Of a DNA stretch of 64,000 nt, positions 59,701 to 64,000 are shown piece after piece. This DNA is from an uncultured bacterium. GTDB taxonomy: Bacteria > UBA8481. Where the stretch lies: contig CAZCME010000001.1 of NCBI GenBank assembly GCA_964499705.1, positions 323,243 through 387,242 of the forward strand. The letters run 5' to 3'. The notes below the pieces were generated by a model. It saw only the letters and a list, made by a program, of their open reading frames with translations. It made no database searches and had not been told where the DNA came from. The stretch's first letter is position 1; each line of letters starts with the position of its first letter. The translations under genes were made by a program, and so were the position numbers.

Positions 59701-61783
59701 CAAGAGCGCGACGGAATATTTCTACCTCGCGGGCGGCGTCGCCGGAGTGGATGTCATCCGCGTTACCGATGCGGCGGGAGACACGCGGGAGGTGACCATC
59801 ACGGTCATTCCGGAACTTGTGCTCAATCCCGCCTCCGGGTCGATATCGGCCGGCAGCGCGAGGAAATTCGTCGCGAGTGGCGGCGCGGGAGGATACACCT
59901 ATTCGTTCTCGAACGGCTATTCGGGCGGGACGATCGACGCCGTGTCCGGGGACTATCGCGCGGGCGACCGGGCGGGCCAGGATGTGGTGCGCGTGACGGA
60001 CGCGCTCGGTAATACGAAGGAGGCGACAATCAACGTAACCGCTCCGGTCTCGATGGGAGCGGCGACGCGAACTGTTTTCATGAGCGATCATATCACGTTC
60101 GCGGCGACCGGAGGCACACCGCCGTACAAGTATCTGCGCGTCGCGGACGGTTCGAGAAGCTCGATCACCGGGAGCGCCACCGAGTTCTTCTACATGGCGG
60201 GGGGCACAGCCGGCGTGGATATCATCCGCGCCACGGACGCGGCGGGGGAGACCGCGGAAGTGACGATCACGGTTCTCCCGACCTTCACTTTGACTCCCAA
60301 GACGGTGACCGCTTCGGCGGGAGCGACGAGGACATTTTCGGCGACCGGCGGAGCGGGCGGATTCGTGTTTTCGCTCCCGACGAATAATTCGGGAGCCACG
60401 ATCGACGCGGCGACGGGCGCATACACCGCAGGTGCGAATGCCGGGATAGATGTCGTGCGCGTTGCTGACTCGTTTGGGAACATGAGAGAGGCGACGGTCA
60501 CCGTGACGAAGCCGCTCTCGTTCGGCCCGTCGTCCGTCACGGTCCTTTTCGGCCAGAGCAAGACGTTCACGCCATCTGGCGGCACGGAGCCCTACAAGTT
60601 CTGGATCGTGACCAACACGACCGGAGCGCGATTCGATCAGGGCGGGAATGAATTCTTCTACATGGCCGGCGGCAAGGCCGGAACGGATGTCATCAAGGTG
60701 ACGGATGCCGTGGGCGACATGGCCGAAGTGCGCATCGAGGTCAAGGCACCCGAACCTCCCGACTTCGGTTTCTCGTCGTCGGCGACCGTCGGCATGGAGC
60801 CGATCGCGCTCGCCCAGGGCGACATCAACAAGGACGGGTTCGTCGATTTTGTCACGGCGAATTGGAACTCGAGCGATGTCACGATCGCGCTCGGAAATGG
60901 TTCCGGCGGTTTCTCCGGGACGAGACGGGCCTCCTCGGGAACGAATCCGTGCGACGTCGCGCTCCAGGATTTCAATCGCGACGGATATCTTGATCTCGCG
61001 GTGACGAACATGTCGAGCAACAACGTCACGATTCTCATGGGTGACGGCACGGGCAGTTTCCTGACGTTCACGTATCTGACGGTGCGGACGCAGCCGCATT
61101 CCGTCGCGGCGGGAGACGTAAACGGCGACGGCATCTCCGATCTCGTCGTCACGAACCACGGCTCGAACAATGTCTCCTACCTGAAGGGGACCGGCAACGG
61201 CAACTTCACTGCGGCCGGAACATTGGCGACCGGAACCAATCCGCGCGGCGTCGCGCTGGGCGACATCAATGCCGACGGACGGCTCGATCTCGTTGTGGCC
61301 AACTCCGGAGCTTCGACCATCACGATCCGGAAGGGCACGGCGACCGGGGGCTTCGGCGCCGCCGCGACGTTGAACGCGGGCGCTTTTCCGTGGGGAATCG
61401 CGATCGGAGACGCGAACGCCGACGGCAAGCCCGACATCGCCGTCTCGAACGGCAAAGCCAACACCGTTTCGTTCTTCGCGGGGAATGGAGACGGTTCGTT
61501 CATGGCCGCGTCGAATCTTCCTTGCGGCCAGACGCCCGCCGCCATCGCGATCGCCGACGTGAACGGCGACGGACGGGCGGACATCGTGACGGCGAATGAA
61601 ACCTCGAAGAGCCTCTCCGTCATCCTCTCGCGCGGCGACGGCTCGTTCGATCCCTTCGTCGACATGCCGACGGGGCGAGGGCCGCGCGCGGTCCGGGTCG
61701 CGGACGTGAACGGCGACGGCAAAGTCGATCTCATCTCCGCCAACCGATTCGACGCGAATATCTGGACGCTCCTCAAGAGGTAG
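56702..61783 (+). CDS. Large secreted surface protein: NHL-like propeller, Ig-like stalk repeats, FG-GAP/VCBS propeller
   Basis: Signal peptide, repeated ADR.N.RVLIWN...ADVV.GQ, TGG..PY / DVIRVTD repeats, DVNGDG..D repeats; GGAGG RBS. Confidence 0.88.
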   Translation: MSLSRPVRSFVLITVILSALISVNASAAGVFRNFHPARVVAFQKDMFTTAARAGAVGLDCGSGGNVFVTDKTTFGSEMLIVADREHHRVLIFKTAPSTNDATPDIIVGQADAASTMPNRDNGTPKANSFNDPMDACVGPDGQLIVADRDNHRVLIWNTMPVTGQEDADLVLGEPDKTTRGNRRTRDGMECPEGVAVHGTKLLVADRNNSRVLIWNDCRIGKLADGQNADVVVGQTSFDEGFSNVFDNVHMGAPRGIAVSTDGKLIVPQSNSSGHNRVMIWNTIPAANGAPADVVLGQPNFSDHDGRSGANGLNDPIGASVSRDGRIAVADYINGRVLIWNSIPAANGASADIVLGQRDFTANDFAMDPDERYLGGPVGVEWTADGRLWTLSLAGGGMVKLFDPDFAPEIADYVQPKVAPKSALVPAGTPVALTVSGGKAPFLWAMVPNGQPEGYCPTTFDAATGTVTPGLWSIHQADNQALQYFTVTDAKGQVDTAELRVFPAMTARADQSSVYPGQSTYVNASGGVSPYYGPWTFTVVENRSGGSVKQNPYGGYAYQQIYEAGTISGVKDVVEISDSAGNKARVEIDVAIPPVVSPADPTVESNQQVAFSFSGGIFPPDAQGRSWMMVDNQSGGRIGSYDGQYTAGPNAGTDVIALHDVNGYLARTKVTVVPGAAAAEGPTNAELIAEADQINYGIAQKRRDVSALLDLARQERDVIKVTCLDDKLNQMDVTGRSSLEHTDLLRAAINANNIPMRDSEIFWIRIYGQRAEQLLTEARLCIGDDIDGGGAGGVVVITEPKAEPLSLGQANRTVFMDDHITFMATGGKSPYAYLLVTNASSAATDRSATEYFYRAGGKTGVDVIRVTDAAGATADVAVTVLEKFTIAPASSSISAGVARTFTAAGGAGGYTFSLTSNYSGGSINSSSGEYAAGPNAGQDVVRVTDSLGNARDAQVNVTSPLSMGEPNRTVFMSTPITFTATGGTSPYAYLRVANGSLCMTDKSATEYFYLAGGVAGVDVIRVTDAAGDTREVTITVIPELVLNPASGSISAGSARKFVASGGAGGYTYSFSNGYSGGTIDAVSGDYRAGDRAGQDVVRVTDALGNTKEATINVTAPVSMGAATRTVFMSDHITFAATGGTPPYKYLRVADGSRSSITGSATEFFYMAGGTAGVDIIRATDAAGETAEVTITVLPTFTLTPKTVTASAGATRTFSATGGAGGFVFSLPTNNSGATIDAATGAYTAGANAGIDVVRVADSFGNMREATVTVTKPLSFGPSSVTVLFGQSKTFTPSGGTEPYKFWIVTNTTGARFDQGGNEFFYMAGGKAGTDVIKVTDAVGDMAEVRIEVKAPEPPDFGFSSSATVGMEPIALAQGDINKDGFVDFVTANWNSSDVTIALGNGSGGFSGTRRASSGTNPCDVALQDFNRDGYLDLAVTNMSSNNVTILMGDGTGSFLTFTYLTVRTQPHSVAAGDVNGDGISDLVVTNHGSNNVSYLKGTGNGNFTAAGTLATGTNPRGVALGDINADGRLDLVVANSGASTITIRKGTATGGFGAAATLNAGAFPWGIAIGDANADGKPDIAVSNGKANTVSFFAGNGDGSFMAASNLPCGQTPAAIAIADVNGDGRADIVTANETSKSLSVILSRGDGSFDPFVDMPTGRGPRAVRVADVNGDGKVDLISANRFDANIWTLLKR
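59108..60750 (+). repeat. Intragenic tandem repeat, 468-bp period (3.5 units)
   Basis: Units start at 59108, 59576, 60044 and 60512 (PLSLG/PLSMG/PVSMG/PLSFG). Confidence 0.9.
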
Positions 61784-61954
61784 CGGAGGCCGGTCGAAGA
61801 CGTTTTGCCACGGAGTGCGGTTGTGGAAGAAGCCGCAAGTGGGGCGATCTTGTCTTCCGTTCTGTCATGGATCCTATCCCTGTGACCGATAACATAGCGC
61901 GCCTGACGCAAAGAATTATGATTACATCGAATGGTTCCCACCAGGACAAAATCT

Positions 61955-64000
61955 ATGCCATCGAGCGAATCGTTGCCGGATCCGGTTTCATGCTCGGAAG
62001 CCCTGATTCATGCACGGGATTGCCGGACAAGACCGCGAGCGAACCTTGCCTCATGGTTCGGTGTGAGCGCAAACTTCGGGGTGGGACTCCTCCTTCTCCT
62101 CATCGTGGGTGCTCTCGCGCCCGCCGCCGCGGTTTCGGGCGGCTCTCCGGCCACGAACGTCCGCGTGCAGAACATCCTCAAGGCGTTCGTCGGCACGTCG
62201 GGGCAGGAGGCGATTGGTCTTGGCTCGTGGATCTCGGGTAAAACTTACGCCGATGTCCTTGCGGGCGGAGCATCCGATCACGATATCCGCCTCATCTCGA
62301 ACGCGCTGACGCCCGCCGATGCTCAGCGCGAATGGATTCGCGCCCGCGCCACGCTTTCGGACATGGTGAAGAGAGAATTCGGCAAGGACGCTGCCAAGGT
62401 CCTGAAGAGCATCAACCTCTATCCGCCTTCACAGCTCATGCGCGGCGTGGAGGATGCATCGGACGCGCTGGGGCGCTTCAGGAAACTCGGCAATGTTCCG
62501 AATCTCGGATTCACCGGCGCCGTTGCGGCGGCGCCCGCCCAGTTCGCCGAAGGGCTCTACGGCTCCGGGGCGAAGGCGTGGACGCAGGCATACGAGCAGC
62601 AGGCCGGCCGGATCTTCTATGCGCGCGACGGCAAGGTCTTCACGGGCTTTACGGATCTCACGCACATGTCGGAGGGCATCGCGCGATACGACGTGGCGGG
62701 CATGTGCAACACATCGACGCAGTGGGCCGAGCATATCGTCGAGGAACTTCACGAGGGTCGCGGAGATAAAGTGGCGAAGTATCTCGAACGGCTCGACCGG
62801 GATCTCGCCAAGGCCCGGAGCCTCGCGAGGGTCGAGCTCGATCCCGCCTGGCGGCAGCAGGTGAAGAAGCTCGCGGAGACATTGAAGAGGAATCCGGGCA
62901 AGGCCGGCGAGCTCCAGGGAGAGATCAATGCGGTTCTGGCGAGAAGCCGGGGGGAGGCTTCGCTCCTGACTCGCATGACGCGTGCGCCGGCGGCGGAGCG
63001 GAAAATTCTGCAGAACGCGCTGAAAGAATTGCGGGGAGGCGGACGGTTCTCGCAGATTTTGACGCAGGCCGGGGAGGTCGTGACCTTCGAGCGGGCGCTC
63101 ACTGCGATCTCTGTCATTCTCCAAGTGCGGCAGACGGCGAAATTCGCCGGAGAAGAAGAGTATCATCAGGCCGTCTCGTCGGCACTGGCAGGCGTTGCCG
63201 GTATCGCTTCCTTCCCCGTCGGCTTTGTCGGAGACATGACGAACTGGGTCATGGAATCGGCCAAGGCGAACGGTTATGCCTTCGCGGCCTCCACGCAGGA
63301 AGCGTGGGATCTCATGGCCGGCATTCACACCGCGGTCGGACGGACCGACGTCGAGGATCGCGGGTACACGCTCGATGAACTTGTCGCGAGGATCGACGAC
63401 GAGAAGAAGCTGGAGGCCGTCGTTTACACCAAGGCCAGGAACGCCGCGAGCCGAGGATTCGGAGGAGCCGAGACGGGAAAGACCGACGAGAAGGTCGGGG
63501 ATGAAATCTTCGCCCGCTGCTGGCCGATCATTCGTGATGCCTGGCGCGAGCGCCGCGAGGAGCTCACGCTCGAATACACGGCGATCATGGACGAACTCGA
63601 GCACGCGCCCGTCCTGCTGAAATACGCACCTGTTCCCCTAAGCGTGAAACCCAAGGAGAAGGTGACCGTGACCGTGGCCGCGGAGATGGCGGATCCGAAG
63701 TTTGCCGAGAAGCTGGCGAGAGCGAAACAGATCCTGACAATCCTCTACAGGGAAGGAGTCTTCGCGGATGTGGAGTGGAAGTGGAAGGGGGGGCGCGCCG
63801 CATCCGACAAGACGAAGCGCATCTACGAGTTCGACACGGCCGGATCGCACGCCGTCACGCTCGCGGTGAAGATCAACGCGGGCGCGGCGAACGCGAGGAT
63901 CGGCCAGGTCTTGTCCCGCAAGTTCGAACTGCAATCCGGAATCGATGTGCTCGTCGAAGCGGCGCAGCCGGATTTCGAGTATCCGTTCATGAGCTGTTCC
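61955..64000 (+). CDS. Large secreted or membrane-anchored protein with a nucleotidyltransferase-like motif (runs off the window)
   Basis: Frame open from ATG 61931/61955 to the window end; hydrophobic GVGLLLLLIVGALAPAAA, then IGLGSWISGKTYADVLAGGASDHDIRL; not in the ORF track. Confidence 0.75.
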   Translation, partial: MPSSESLPDPVSCSEALIHARDCRTRPRANLASWFGVSANFGVGLLLLLIVGALAPAAAVSGGSPATNVRVQNILKAFVGTSGQEAIGLGSWISGKTYADVLAGGASDHDIRLISNALTPADAQREWIRARATLSDMVKREFGKDAAKVLKSINLYPPSQLMRGVEDASDALGRFRKLGNVPNLGFTGAVAAAPAQFAEGLYGSGAKAWTQAYEQQAGRIFYARDGKVFTGFTDLTHMSEGIARYDVAGMCNTSTQWAEHIVEELHEGRGDKVAKYLERLDRDLAKARSLARVELDPAWRQQVKKLAETLKRNPGKAGELQGEINAVLARSRGEASLLTRMTRAPAAERKILQNALKELRGGGRFSQILTQAGEVVTFERALTAISVILQVRQTAKFAGEEEYHQAVSSALAGVAGIASFPVGFVGDMTNWVMESAKANGYAFAASTQEAWDLMAGIHTAVGRTDVEDRGYTLDELVARIDDEKKLEAVVYTKARNAASRGFGGAETGKTDEKVGDEIFARCWPIIRDAWRERREELTLEYTAIMDELEHAPVLLKYAPVPLSVKPKEKVTVTVAAEMADPKFAEKLARAKQILTILYREGVFADVEWKWKGGRAASDKTKRIYEFDTAGSHAVTLAVKINAGAANARIGQVLSRKFELQSGIDVLVEAAQPDFEYPFMSCS

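Noticed and set aside
1-64000. tRNA, rRNA, integrase or transposase genes
   Set aside because: None recognised by eye; a covariance-model scan would be needed to exclude small RNAs.

Overview
GC-rich bacterial chromosomal window (draft assembly, 100-N gap at 18955-19054) from a probable diderm carrying both anaerobic and O2-dependent metabolism. Left to right: partial PiT phosphate transporter; PFOR (nifJ) with a DHOD-like partner; cupin; a long minus-strand redox block (heme-copper oxidase subunits II/I/III/IV/III, small CxxC protein, cupredoxin lipoprotein, HemY, CcmC plus an unannotated CcmD-like peptide, Cys-rich Crp/Fnr regulator, Cys-rich small protein, CoA-disulfide reductase-rhodanese) divergent from an Rrf2 regulator and next to NnrS; a PAS kinase with a degenerate paralogue; a group 3b [NiFe]-hydrogenase operon with hypCDE, hypA, an N-terminally truncated hypF and ackA; envelope genes; an ABC/HlyD exporter; gshB; an acyl-CoA dehydratase activase divergent from a fatty-acid desaturase; a large repetitive surface protein; and a partial secreted protein with a nucleotidyltransferase-like motif. 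Most notable: (1) the A-family oxidase keeps the D-channel and all metal ligands but appears to have lost the K proton channel (T359F, K362M in R. sphaeroides numbering, and no subunit II entry Glu); (2) a dispersed family of intergenic inverted-repeat elements built from 9-bp tandem units; (3) a 254-bp direct repeat bracketing a TolB-like/amidase insertion; (4) recurring Crp-type and Rrf2-type operators. All calls come from manual motif reading; no database searches were run.
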